Positions 26,353 to 36,273 of a stretch of 64,000 nt of DNA are shown piece after piece. The DNA is from Candidatus Daviesbacteria bacterium (GTDB lineage Bacteria; Patescibacteriota; Microgenomatia; Daviesbacterales; UBA10151), in the NCBI GenBank assembly GCA_016176465.1, contig JACOXD010000004.1, forward strand, positions 50,119 through 114,118, read 5' to 3'. The translations under genes and the position numbers were made by a program. The first letter of the stretch is position 1. Each line of letters opens with the position of its first letter. The notes under the pieces were generated by a model. It saw only the letters and a list, made by a program, of their open reading frames with translations. It made no database searches and was not told the origin of the DNA.

Positions 26353-27387
26353 TTAAGTATTCAAGAAATCATTAACGTTTTGGTTTGTTATATTAAACGG
26401 TCCTGCCTCTCCTGAGACGACCCTTTTAGCGACTCTTCTAACTAAAGTTTCAATATTACGCCGCAGTGATCGGATCCCACCATCATAACCTAGGGGTCTT
26501 ACAATTTGACTCCATAAATTAGTATCAATATTTACTACTTTAGGATCCAGTGTGGCATTTTTTAAAGCTTGGGGTAAAAGATAATCTTTGCCAATAACAA
26601 TCTTTTGCTCATCTGAGTAAAATGGCATTTCAATAACTTCCAATCTATCTAAAACAGCAGTTGCTACATTGGAAACATTATTGGCTGTAGTTACAAATAA
26701 AACTTGGGATAAATCAAAAGGAATATCCAAATAATGATCCAAAAAGTGTTTATTTTGTTCTGGATCCAAAAGTTCAACTAATACTCCCATAATATCTGCC
26801 CTGGCCTCTGTTGTTACTCTATCTAGTTCATCTAGTAAAATGAGCGGGTTTTTGACTCCGGTTTTTTTTAAAGCTTTTATTATAAGTCCTGGTTCAGCCT
26901 CGGGTTTGACCCTGGATTCACCTCGTAGCTGCAATGCAGAGCCCAGTCCTCCAAAAGGAATCCTAACTAGCGGTTTACCCATTGATTCGGCAATTGAGTA
27001 AGCCAGGGTTGTTTTTCCGGATCCCGGCAAACCTACAAAAGCCAAGATAGGAATATTAGGCGTAGTTCCTTTCTGGTGATTTAAAATTAAAATAGCAATA
27101 TGCTCTAAAATCCTCTCTTTTATATTTTCCATTCCAAAATGATTTTTATCCAAAACCTGTTTTGCTCTATTTATATCTAAAATATCCTGACCCACTTTTT
27201 CCCAAGGAAGCTCGCAAACAAAATTGATAAAGGAAACCTCCCTATCAGCTTCTAAGCTATAACCTGAAGTTTTTAAAATAATTTCAACTCTTGCAAGGGA
27301 ATTATTAAGTCTGTCAACTACATCTGATGGTAGCTTGGAGGATTGAATTTTTGATTTTAATTTTTCTATCAGCTGAGCAGGATCCAT
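26353..27387 (-). CDS. Lon-type AAA+ ATPase module without protease domain
   Basis: H.GM..IKERILE, GLPGSGKT, LLDELD, LLDPEQN..FLDHY; ends after the AAA lid. Confidence 0.85.
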   Translation of the reverse strand: MDPAQLIEKLKSKIQSSKLPSDVVDRLNNSLARVEIILKTSGYSLEADREVSFINFVCELPWEKVGQDILDINRAKQVLDKNHFGMENIKERILEHIAILILNHQKGTTPNIPILAFVGLPGSGKTTLAYSIAESMGKPLVRIPFGGLGSALQLRGESRVKPEAEPGLIIKALKKTGVKNPLILLDELDRVTTEARADIMGVLVELLDPEQNKHFLDHYLDIPFDLSQVLFVTTANNVSNVATAVLDRLEVIEMPFYSDEQKIVIGKDYLLPQALKNATLDPKVVNIDTNLWSQIVRPLGYDGGIRSLRRNIETLVRRVAKRVVSGEAGPFNITNQNVNDFLNT

Positions 27388-27514
27388 ATTTGATTTGGAC
27401 AGATGTTAGCCAGTAAGCATAGTGCCTTTTAGTTGCACTATGAACGGACTTAACGCATTCTGTTTAATCAGTTTTTCTGCCGAATCGTCCATTACGAGCT
27501 TTTATCTTTTCTAA

Positions 27515-28144
27515 TTATTTTAAAAGGATTGAACCGGTTAGGTTCTTCCCCCTTACGTCAATACTAATTGTATCTACTTTATTTAGTATTGGAAATAGTC
27601 CATCCAATTTTTTAGAAATAAATAACTTACCAGACTCCGTTGCATGTTGAATCAAAGCAGTAGGATTTTTTACGCTTATTGCATAATCCCCGCCAGCTTG
27701 AGATTTAAAAGATAACTTGCCAGAATTACTCGCTAATTCAAAACTTTCCCCTGGTAATCCTGAGTTAAGAATTGATCGTGAATTACTTTTAAAAGCTAAC
27801 CCTTTATTTTGAAAATCCAAAGCAACCTCTAAAGGTAAGTGCTGATTTAGTTTTTGGATAGATTCACTATCCAGATCTATTTCAATTCCCTCAACCCAAG
27901 ATGTTCCAATTTTTAATCTATTAGAAAAATCAACTGCTTTACTCATATCTTTGTTAGAAATTTTAAAATCAATTTTTAAGTTATTTCCATTTGTATAAAT
28001 ACTGGCTTTACTTTTTTGCTCTAATAAATTAGTAGAAATTAAGTTTTTATTGGCAATTAAGTAAAATCCTGAAGTTATTATGAGTAAAAAAAACAAAAAA
28101 GTGATAAGTAAGGGGATAAATGAGACTTTTATCCTTACTTTCAT
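27515..28144 (-). CDS. Membrane-anchored hypothetical protein
   Basis: N-terminal TM; start overlaps the pnp stop. Confidence 0.7.
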   Translation of the reverse strand: MKVRIKVSFIPLLITFLFFLLIITSGFYLIANKNLISTNLLEQKSKASIYTNGNNLKIDFKISNKDMSKAVDFSNRLKIGTSWVEGIEIDLDSESIQKLNQHLPLEVALDFQNKGLAFKSNSRSILNSGLPGESFELASNSGKLSFKSQAGGDYAISVKNPTALIQHATESGKLFISKKLDGLFPILNKVDTISIDVRGKNLTGSILLK

Positions 28145-30366
28145 TACCTACTATATCCGCCTCCACCTCGTCGGTTTCGATTTCTTCCAAAATTATTAAA
28201 CCCTCTATTACCAACGCTTCGATGAGAAAAATTTCTTCTAAATCCCCCACCTCTACCTTCCCTTCTATGATTTTCCTTTCTTGCAGCATCCTCACCAAAT
28301 AACATTGAAAGAGCGATTTTCCCCATTGGATCAACATCAATTACTCTCACCTTTACTGTTTGTCCCTCAGAAACTACATCTTCAGGCCTCTCAACCCTAT
28401 AAGGTGCCATCTGGGAAACATGAACCAATCCTTCTTTACCGGGTATAAGTTCTACAAAAGCTCCAAAAGTAGTAATTTTAACTACTTTTCCTACGTATTC
28501 TTCTCCAGGTTCAATTTTTCTAAACATATTTTGGATAATGTTCATGGCTTTTTTAATAGCTTCGCCATTTGCAGATGAAACCATAACAGTTCCATCATCT
28601 TCAATGTCAACTTGAGCACCTGTTTGAGCAATAATTCCATTAATTGTTTTCCCACCACTACCAATAAGTAAGCCAATCTCTTCAGGTTTAATATGAGTTA
28701 CTTCAATTTTAGGAGCAAACTCGGAAATTTCTTCCTCTTTCGGAGCAACTTCTTTAATTTTAGCAATCATCATCTCTCTTGCCGCGCTGCCTTGCTTTAG
28801 GGCCTCTTCCACAATTTCAAAGCTAATCCCTTGTAATTTGGTGTCCATTTGGATTCCGGTAATTCCATTTATTGTACCCGCCACTTTAAAATCCATCTCT
28901 CCATAAAAGTCCTCAACTGCTCTCATATCAGTTATAACCTGGAATTTTCCCTCATTGGATAAAAGACCCAAGGCAATCCCGGCCACAGGCTCAATTGGCA
29001 CTCCAGCATTAAGTAACGCTAAGGTAGTTGCACAAACTGCAGCTTGGGAAGTAGAGGCATTAGAAGCTAACACCTCTGATACAACCCTAATTGCATAAGG
29101 AAAAGCTTCATCTGAAGGTAAAACAGGCAGAATTGAGCGCTCAACCAAGTCTCCATGACCAACATCCCTCCTATTTGGAGCTCCAATTTTTTTAACCTCA
29201 CCTGAGGCAAAAGGGTTAATGCTCATATTATAATGATGCATGAACCTTTTTTGGGATTCACCCTCCATCCCTTCTAAAGTTTGGGCTGCAGAAAGTGGGC
29301 CTAGTGTAACAACGGATAAAACCTGGGTATCACCACGCTGGAAAATAGCACTTCCATGAGTTCGAGGTAGTATATCTGTTTCAGCATAAATCTCCCTAAC
29401 TTCATCCATCGCCCTTCCATCTACTCTTTTACCCTTATTTAAAATTGTATCATTCATAATCTCTTTGGCTACCTTATCAAAGATTACTCCAACTTGAACG
29501 CTAGTTAGCGATTCTGCATATTTTTCTGCCAAGCTGTTTTTAATCTGCTCGCCTGTTGCATCATGCCAAGCAGTTGTTTTATCAAAAAGTGCAGCTTCAA
29601 TTAACTCTTTAGCTTCCTTTTTAACTTCTTTAAATAACTTCTCGTCCAGTTGATCTGCTAAAATGGTAAATGCTTTCTTTTCTTTAACACTGTCTTTGGT
29701 AAAATCTTCAATTAAATTAATTATTTTTTGGGATTCGCTATGACCTTTTTTAATCGCCTCCAAAACTACCTCATCAGCAATTTGCTTGGCTTCTGCCTCT
29801 ACCATAGCAATTTTTTCTTTGGTGGAAGCTACCAATAACTCTAGCGATAAACTCTCTGCTTCTGGCAGAGTAGGATTTATAACTATTTCTTCATTTTTGA
29901 TCCCTACTTTAGCAACTCCTAGCGGTCCATTCCATGGAACAGAGGAGATAGTTAGCGCAGCTGATGTAGCAATTAAGCCTAAAATAGCTGGATCATTAAT
30001 CCCATCAAAGGATAAAACTGTCACAATTATCTGCACTTCATATTGAAAATCTTTAGGGAAAAAAGGCCTAATGGAACGATCTATAGCCCGCCCAGACAAA
30101 ACTGCTTTATCAGATGGCCTCGTTTCTCTTTTAATAAATTTTTGAGCGGTGATTCTACCACCTGCATAGTATTTTTCAACATATTCAACAGATAAAGGAA
30201 AATAGCCTGGATCTTCTTTAATAGGTTGGGCTGAAACTGTAGCTAAAACAACTGTTTCTCCCCAAGTTGCCACAACAGAAGCGTCAGCTTGCTGGGCAAG
30301 CTTGCCTGTTTCTAGTTTTAAATTTGTACCATTTAGGTCAATTTCTTTTATTGTTACTTTATGCAT
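28144..30366 (-). CDS. pnp: Polyribonucleotide nucleotidyltransferase
   Basis: ETGKLA.QAD, RTHGSAIFQRG.TQ, MDFKVAG, KH and S1 domains. Confidence 0.97.
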   Translation of the reverse strand: MHKVTIKEIDLNGTNLKLETGKLAQQADASVVATWGETVVLATVSAQPIKEDPGYFPLSVEYVEKYYAGGRITAQKFIKRETRPSDKAVLSGRAIDRSIRPFFPKDFQYEVQIIVTVLSFDGINDPAILGLIATSAALTISSVPWNGPLGVAKVGIKNEEIVINPTLPEAESLSLELLVASTKEKIAMVEAEAKQIADEVVLEAIKKGHSESQKIINLIEDFTKDSVKEKKAFTILADQLDEKLFKEVKKEAKELIEAALFDKTTAWHDATGEQIKNSLAEKYAESLTSVQVGVIFDKVAKEIMNDTILNKGKRVDGRAMDEVREIYAETDILPRTHGSAIFQRGDTQVLSVVTLGPLSAAQTLEGMEGESQKRFMHHYNMSINPFASGEVKKIGAPNRRDVGHGDLVERSILPVLPSDEAFPYAIRVVSEVLASNASTSQAAVCATTLALLNAGVPIEPVAGIALGLLSNEGKFQVITDMRAVEDFYGEMDFKVAGTINGITGIQMDTKLQGISFEIVEEALKQGSAAREMMIAKIKEVAPKEEEISEFAPKIEVTHIKPEEIGLLIGSGGKTINGIIAQTGAQVDIEDDGTVMVSSANGEAIKKAMNIIQNMFRKIEPGEEYVGKVVKITTFGAFVELIPGKEGLVHVSQMAPYRVERPEDVVSEGQTVKVRVIDVDPMGKIALSMLFGEDAARKENHRREGRGGGFRRNFSHRSVGNRGFNNFGRNRNRRGGGGYSR

Positions 30367-30378
30367 TTTTTTTGACAG

Positions 30379-30494
30379 TAGACGATGGAGGATAGAAGAT
30401 AGAACTTTGAGGACAGAAGATAGAAATTAGAGTTTTACTATTCTACCTTCCATTTTCCATCTTCAAAACACTATCTTCCACATTCTATCATCTA
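30379..30494. repeat. Imperfect long hairpin built from 7-bp units (TAGAAGA/TCTTCTA-like)
   Basis: tagacga tggagga tagaaga tagaa ... ccttcca ttttcca ... tcttcca cattcta tcatcta. Confidence 0.75.
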
Positions 30495-30498
30495 TTTA

Positions 30499-30563
30499 TG
30501 TCATTCTGAGTGAAGCAAAGAATCTCATCTCTAGATCCTTCGGGCTCTACCCTCAGGATGACA
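30499..30563. repeat. Dispersed palindromic element, full copy
   Basis: tgtcattctgag-N-aaagaatct-N-agatccttc-N-ctcaggatgaca. Confidence 0.9.
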
Positions 30564-30569
30564 CAAGGA

Positions 30570-30839
30570 TCATTTAGATAAACCTAATTTCTCTATCACT
30601 CCTTTATAACGCTCACTATCTTTCTTAAGCAAATACTGAAGTAATCTTCGACGCTTATTAACCATTGATAGTAATCCTCTGCGTGAGTGAACGTCATGCG
30701 GATGTTCTTTTAAGTGAGCAGTTAAGTTTTTAATCTGTTCTGACAGTAATGCAGCCTGGACTTCAGGAGAACCTGTATCACCTTTATGGGTAGCAAACTG
30801 CTCAATAATCTGTTGCTTACTTTTTACATCAAGTGGCAT
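30570..30839 (-). CDS. rpsO: 30S ribosomal protein S15
   Basis: [26 protein letters not shown]. Confidence 0.98.
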   Translation of the reverse strand: MPLDVKSKQQIIEQFATHKGDTGSPEVQAALLSEQIKNLTAHLKEHPHDVHSRRGLLSMVNKRRRLLQYLLKKDSERYKGVIEKLGLSK

Positions 30840-30944
30840 CTTACCTTTCTGAAAGAATAGGCAAGCTTTGCTTATCCTTCCTGGGAAAACCTTGGTGCCA
30901 AAAAGTAATCCCTAAATTTGTTTGGGGTATTATAGCAAAACAAA

Positions 30945-31328
30945 TTAGATAATGCAAGATTCAGAATCCAGGCTTGGAGTTTTTTGTCTGGCAATAACTG
31001 CTCCCCTATTCATCCAGTAATGATACTCGCTAACAGTTAGTTCATGTATAGTTTTCCCTGCACCAGCTAAAAAGAAAAGCCCGCCACCCCTTGCTAAAAA
31101 TCTTAGCCAAGGCGCTCTTATTAATTGAGCTCCTATTATTAGACCAAAACCCACAAGCGCTTTGTCTTTAACCATACCAATCCCCAACTCACGCATCTGC
31201 CCATAGAGACTACGATATGCAAACACTGATGCTGCTGAAGGGTCGGGAGATGTCATCATAATTTGCTCCACGAAACCTAATTCTGACCTTACATCTTGAT
31301 AATCTACTTCTTCAGCAATTTCTAACAT
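30945..31328 (-). CDS. Hypothetical protein with two hydrophobic segments
   Basis: 127-aa ORF filling the gap, co-oriented. Confidence 0.6.
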   Translation of the reverse strand: MLEIAEEVDYQDVRSELGFVEQIMMTSPDPSAASVFAYRSLYGQMRELGIGMVKDKALVGFGLIIGAQLIRAPWLRFLARGGGLFFLAGAGKTIHELTVSEYHYWMNRGAVIARQKTPSLDSESCII

Positions 31329-31332
31329 CTTT

Positions 31333-32391
31333 TTATCCTAATGAAGTTCCTTTATAAACTTTTGGTGTTAGCCAATCAGGTGCAGGGGAGGCTTCGCCTT
31401 CACCTGATGAAGAGGTGGCATACTCACCACTTGGTACTTCTTCAGTTGGAGCACTTTGAGCTTGAGTTTGTTCAGGTTGGCTGTTAATAACAGGGGGGAC
31501 TGTAAAATTATCAGTTTGGACTTGTTGTTGACTTGGAATTTGCCCAGTAAAACCTCTTAGATCAAACCCAGGCTGTTGGGTTTGAGGGGTAGGTTGTTGG
31601 ATTGGCTGAGGAGCTGCACTAGGTTGAGCTTGGGTTAGAGGATTTTTAGCTCCTGCTTGCATTGCATTAGCTAAACTTAAAAAAGTATCTGCACTTACTC
31701 TAGAGGTTAAATTATTTGTAGCAGAATATATCCCAATTGAGATATTTGTTCCAGAATCTACATCTAAAGTTAGTCCTAAGCTTGGCATTAAATTGGCTAC
31801 CATTTCAGATAAAGAAGAGGCATTGGCATCTACAATATTATAAGTACCGAACATAGAGTTATTAGCTTGGTTATCTATATTAACTAAAGGCACTCCTTGG
31901 AAAGAATTAGTATTATTTAAATAAGTTCCTCCTAATTCATTAAGATTAGTTGTACCTACAGTAAAAATTAAATTAAAACCACTACTTTGATATTTGGGAG
32001 TTATATTTCTTGGTTCAAATTTTTGACCTGGTAAGATATGGAAAACTAAATTTAGATCTTGCCCCTGAGGATACCAATCAAGTTTCTCTAAAGCAGGCAC
32101 TGTTCCATCACTAGCTACTACCCCTTCTAAAGTTAAGATTAAATTTCCACCACTACTAGGTAACTCTTTTTTTACTTCCCCTATACCAAATAAATTAGAG
32201 TGGGAAACTAAAATTTGCCCTTCGGTTGCAATAGAAACATTTTGATAACCTTTAGATTGTAAACTTAAATATAAAGCGAGTCCTGCTGCCAGATGATCTA
32301 TGGTTATATTTACAGGAAGCGATATTAAAATATTTCCAGCTGTTTGGACTTTTGAAGGCAGATCTGCAATTTGTGAATCATACTTTGCCAT
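31333..32391 (-). CDS. Degenerate DHH-family phosphoesterase-like protein with Q/P-rich tail
   Basis: VNIDN (for DHH), SSLSE, GIYSAT; located downstream of infB. Confidence 0.7.
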   Translation of the reverse strand: MAKYDSQIADLPSKVQTAGNILISLPVNITIDHLAAGLALYLSLQSKGYQNVSIATEGQILVSHSNLFGIGEVKKELPSSGGNLILTLEGVVASDGTVPALEKLDWYPQGQDLNLVFHILPGQKFEPRNITPKYQSSGFNLIFTVGTTNLNELGGTYLNNTNSFQGVPLVNIDNQANNSMFGTYNIVDANASSLSEMVANLMPSLGLTLDVDSGTNISIGIYSATNNLTSRVSADTFLSLANAMQAGAKNPLTQAQPSAAPQPIQQPTPQTQQPGFDLRGFTGQIPSQQQVQTDNFTVPPVINSQPEQTQAQSAPTEEVPSGEYATSSSGEGEASPAPDWLTPKVYKGTSLG

Positions 32392-32397
32392 ATATTT

Positions 32398-32532
32398 TTA
32401 TTGAGTGGGTTGTTGCGGACTCATTAACGCTTCTACTCGAGCTGTCAGTTCTTCAAGACGTCTACGTGCTTTAAAAGCTTTAAGATTGGGATTTTTTTGA
32501 AAAGCTCCTCTAATAGATTCTAATAAACCCAT
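32398..32532 (-). CDS. Unlisted 44-aa small ORF
   Basis: ATG at 32532 to TAA: MGLLESIRGAFQKNPNLKAFKARRRLEELTARVEALMSPQQPTQ; fills the infB-DHH gap. Confidence 0.5.
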   Translation of the reverse strand: MGLLESIRGAFQKNPNLKAFKARRRLEELTARVEALMSPQQPTQ

Positions 32533-32568
32533 AGTCAGAATTATACTTAGTTTTTAAATAAAGTCAAC

Positions 32569-34038
32569 TTATAAAGTTCTAAAAGATTGGATGACATCTC
32601 CAACCTGAAAATCTATCGCTGGATCAAGCATAATCCCGCATTCTTCCCCTTTTTCTACTTTAGATACTTCATCTTTAAGCTTTTTCAAAGATTTAATTTT
32701 TGCTTCCCCAATCACTTGTCCTGAGCCTGCCGAAGGATCCTCTCTAACCACTCTTACTTTAGGACCTTTGGAGATTGCTCCATCTAATATTTTACATCCA
32801 GCAATCCTTTCATTTTTACCATAAGGAAACTCAGCTAAAATTTGGGCTACCCCAAACACTTCCTCAACTGCTCCTACCTTTAACATCTCCTCAACCACCT
32901 CTTCCATCTCATCTAGAAGTTCATAAATTATATTGTAGTTTCTAATTAAAACCCGCTCAGTCTCCGCTAATTTAGCAGCTGGGGAGGTAATTTTAGTATT
33001 AAAGCCAATTACAATAGATCTGGTTGCTGCTGCTAATTTAACATCAGCTTCCCCAATATCCCCTGTAGCAGAGGATATTATCTTAACATGTTCTTTTTCT
33101 TCATTAAATTTTTGCAAAGAACTCTCAATTGCCTCAAGTGAGCCTTGCTTATCTGCTTTAACTACCAAATTTAAAGTAGTTTCTTTATCTTCCTTTAATC
33201 TATCAATTAATGTTTTTGCCTCTGATTTAATATCTTTTACTTGGATTACTTCATCTCCCAAAGTTGCTCCAACAGCAGGCACGCTTTCTAAGCCTAATAT
33301 TTCAACAGGCATGGAAGGAGTTGCCTCATTTAAAGTTTTACCTTGATAATCAAAGATTCCTCTAATTTTTCCCTTTACTCCCCCTAAAAATATTTGATCA
33401 CCTTTTTTTAAAGTGCCGTTTCTAATAAGTAATGTCGCAATAGATCCTTTAAATTTATCCAAATTAGATTCAATTACTACCCCACTTGCAGGTAAACTAG
33501 GATCTCCTTTTAATTCATGTAGCTCAGCTACAAGCAAAATCATCTCTAATAACTTATCTACACCCAAACCAGATTTAGCAGATAAAGGTACAATTGGCAC
33601 ATCCCCACCGTACTCTTCTACTAAAACTTCATTATCAGATAACTGTTTTTTAATTTTTTCGGTTTGGACTTTTATATCAACACCTAAATCTATTTTATTG
33701 ATCGCCACAATCATAGGTACCTTAGCAGCTTTAATGTGCTTTATAGCCTCCACAGTTTGGGGCATCACTCCATCATCAACAGCTACCACTAAAACTGCTA
33801 TATCTGCTACATTTGCTCCCCTGGATCTCATCTTCTCAAAAGCAGCGTGGCCAGGAGTATCAATAAAAGTGATGAGTTTAGAGTTATGAGTTACTTGGTA
33901 TGCCCCAATTGCTTGGGTAATTCCCCCATGCTCTTTAGAAGCAACAGAGGATTTTCTGATAAAATCAAGCAGGGTAGTTTTTCCATGATCAACATGGCCT
34001 AAAATTGTTACAATTGGTGATCTGCTTATACTTGCCAT
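32569..34038 (-). CDS. infB: Translation initiation factor IF-2 (no N-terminal domain)
   Basis: GHVDHGKT, GGITQ.IGAY, DTPGH.AF..MR.RGA. Confidence 0.97.
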   Translation of the reverse strand: MASISRSPIVTILGHVDHGKTTLLDFIRKSSVASKEHGGITQAIGAYQVTHNSKLITFIDTPGHAAFEKMRSRGANVADIAVLVVAVDDGVMPQTVEAIKHIKAAKVPMIVAINKIDLGVDIKVQTEKIKKQLSDNEVLVEEYGGDVPIVPLSAKSGLGVDKLLEMILLVAELHELKGDPSLPASGVVIESNLDKFKGSIATLLIRNGTLKKGDQIFLGGVKGKIRGIFDYQGKTLNEATPSMPVEILGLESVPAVGATLGDEVIQVKDIKSEAKTLIDRLKEDKETTLNLVVKADKQGSLEAIESSLQKFNEEKEHVKIISSATGDIGEADVKLAAATRSIVIGFNTKITSPAAKLAETERVLIRNYNIIYELLDEMEEVVEEMLKVGAVEEVFGVAQILAEFPYGKNERIAGCKILDGAISKGPKVRVVREDPSAGSGQVIGEAKIKSLKKLKDEVSKVEKGEECGIMLDPAIDFQVGDVIQSFRTL

Positions 34039-34062
34039 TTTTCTTAAAAAACCGCCTCATAA

Positions 34063-35292
34063 CTACTCTTTTTTCTCTTCAGCACCGCTCTCTTTTTTTT
34101 CTTCCTCTTTAACAGCTTTATCTAATTTGTTAGTGGTTACATCATCTGTTGCTTGAGCCGAAGCACCAGCTTGAGTATCCTCTACCACATCTTTGTCTTC
34201 TTTTGTTCCTTCTTCCTTGCCCGCCGTAGCCTTGCTCGGTCTTCGAAGCTCCGGCGAAGGAGGCGCGGAGGCGGGTTTATCACCTTCTGCTTCCTTAACC
34301 GTACCATCTTCACTAACTTCTGCACTCTCCCCTGTTCCTTCAATATCTATTTTCCAACCTGTTAATTTAGCGGCTAATCTGACATTTTGTCCTCCCTTAC
34401 CAATAGCTAATGATAATTGATTATCAGGAATTTTAACCTTGGCAATTTTAGTTTCTTCATCCAAAAAAACTTGAATATCTTTGGCAGGCGATAGCGCTGC
34501 CACTATAAACCTGGCTGGATCATCAGAGTAAGAAACTATATCTATTTTTTCCTCACCCAATTCATTCATTACAGCCTGGACCCTAACTCCTTTTTGCCCA
34601 ACCAATGAACCTACAGGATCAACCCCTTCTTGAGAAGAAACAGCAGCTAACTTAGTTCTTCCTCCTGCTTCTCTGGCAATCTCTTTAATTTCAACTGCTC
34701 CTGATTGGATCTCCGGAACCTCTATAGCAAATAAACCCTTAACCAATCCTGCATCAGATCTTGAGACAATAATCTCCGGTCCTCTACCCGATTCTCTAAT
34801 CTCTTTGATATAAAATTTTAAGCGCTGGTTAGGCACGTAGGATTCATTTCTAGATTGCTCGGGAGGAGGCATTATCCCTTCCGCCCTACCTAAATCAATA
34901 AAATAAGTATTTCCTTCCTGGCGCTGGATCAAACCGGAAACTATCGCTCCTACTTTTTGTGCATACTCATCCATAATTGCTCCTTTTTCAGCTTCATTTA
35001 ATCTTTGGGTAATAACTTGTTTGGCTGTTTGAGCGGCAATTCTGGCAAATCCTGGAGGGGTGACATTTTTGTCACCACTATTGATAGTAATCTCACCACT
35101 TTGAGGATCAATTTTAGCCTCATATTCTTCAATATCCTCAGGAATAACTTCCCCTCTTAAAGATAAATCTTTACGATAAGCAGCCAGTGCAGCCTGTCTA
35201 ATAGCATCCAAAACTACATCAATCTCAACCCCTTTTTCCGAGGCTATTTGATTTATCGCTGCTGCAAATTCTGTTCGTGCCTGTATAGGCAT
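34063..35292 (-). CDS. nusA: Transcription factor NusA
   Basis: FARIAAQTAKQV, EVPEI, AREAG.RTK, SLAIGKGGQNVRLA. Confidence 0.97.
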   Translation of the reverse strand: MPIQARTEFAAAINQIASEKGVEIDVVLDAIRQAALAAYRKDLSLRGEVIPEDIEEYEAKIDPQSGEITINSGDKNVTPPGFARIAAQTAKQVITQRLNEAEKGAIMDEYAQKVGAIVSGLIQRQEGNTYFIDLGRAEGIMPPPEQSRNESYVPNQRLKFYIKEIRESGRGPEIIVSRSDAGLVKGLFAIEVPEIQSGAVEIKEIAREAGGRTKLAAVSSQEGVDPVGSLVGQKGVRVQAVMNELGEEKIDIVSYSDDPARFIVAALSPAKDIQVFLDEETKIAKVKIPDNQLSLAIGKGGQNVRLAAKLTGWKIDIEGTGESAEVSEDGTVKEAEGDKPASAPPSPELRRPSKATAGKEEGTKEDKDVVEDTQAGASAQATDDVTTNKLDKAVKEEEKKESGAEEKKE

Positions 35293-35298
35293 AAATTT

Positions 35299-35322
35299 AA
35301 AAAAGGTGGGGCAAGCCCACCT
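35299..35322 (-). promoter_or_regulatory. rimP-leader-like attenuator hairpin upstream of nusA
   Basis: Minus strand AGGTGGG-cttgc-CCCACCT followed by a T run just before the nusA ATG. Confidence 0.7.
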
Positions 35323-35436
35323 CTTACCTTCCTTTCTAACTCAACCTATTTTAGTCTTCTAAGCCTATTTAGTCAACCCTGTGTAAGCTAATTTTAAGTT
35401 CTTTTAATCCTTCAGAAAAAGTATTATATTACCATT

Positions 35437-36186
35437 ATGGAAAGTTGGCTTTTATATACGCTTATTGCAATTATAGTCATCATAATTTTATCGGGAATTA
35501 AAATCATTGACCAATATGAAAGAGGGGTTGTTTTAACACTAGGATCATTCACAGGAGTTTTAAACCCGGGATTAAGAATTGTTATTCCGATAATCCAAAG
35601 ATTAATTAAAGTCGATATGAGGATTACCACTTTGGATATCCCTCAACAGGAAGTTATTACCAAGGATAATGTGCCAGTTGGCATTAATGCAGTAGTTTAC
35701 TTTCAGGTAGAAAAGCCAGACGATGCTGTCTTGAAAATTCAAGATTTTTCTTATGCCATTATGCAGTATGCTCAAACTGCGCTAAGGGATGTAATTGGTG
35801 GGGTGGAGCTTGATACATTACTCACTGAGCGAGAAAAATTAGCCGAGCAAATCAAAGCTATTGTTGATAAAGAGACAGACCAATGGGGAGTTAATATGAC
35901 TTCTATAAAGATGCAAGATATTACATTGCCTCAGGATATGAAAAGGGTGATGGCCAAACAAGCTGAGGCGGAAAGGGAGCGAAGAGCTACAATCATTAGA
36001 GCAGAAGGAGAAAGATCAGCTGCTAAAAATTTAAAAGAAGCTATGGAGATTATGGATAGATCTGGAGCAATCTCTTTAAGAACCTTGCAAACCATAGAAT
36101 CAACTAATACTAATCCTCAATCTACTGTAATTTTTACGCTTCCTACAGAGATTTTAGCTGGTTTGAAGCAATTTCTGAAGCGCTAA
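35437..36186 (+). CDS. SPFH/stomatin (slipin) family protein
   Basis: QYERGVV, ITKDNV, AQTALRDVIG, AKQAEAERERRA. Confidence 0.93.
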   Translation: MESWLLYTLIAIIVIIILSGIKIIDQYERGVVLTLGSFTGVLNPGLRIVIPIIQRLIKVDMRITTLDIPQQEVITKDNVPVGINAVVYFQVEKPDDAVLKIQDFSYAIMQYAQTALRDVIGGVELDTLLTEREKLAEQIKAIVDKETDQWGVNMTSIKMQDITLPQDMKRVMAKQAEAERERRATIIRAEGERSAAKNLKEAMEIMDRSGAISLRTLQTIESTNTNPQSTVIFTLPTEILAGLKQFLKR

Positions 36187-36273
36187 TAGTGAAGTCCTTT
36201 TCTGATCTTTTAAGAAATTTAAGTTTTATATCTTTAGGAATTTTCTGTGTTACCCTTTTTCCAATTAAATAAT

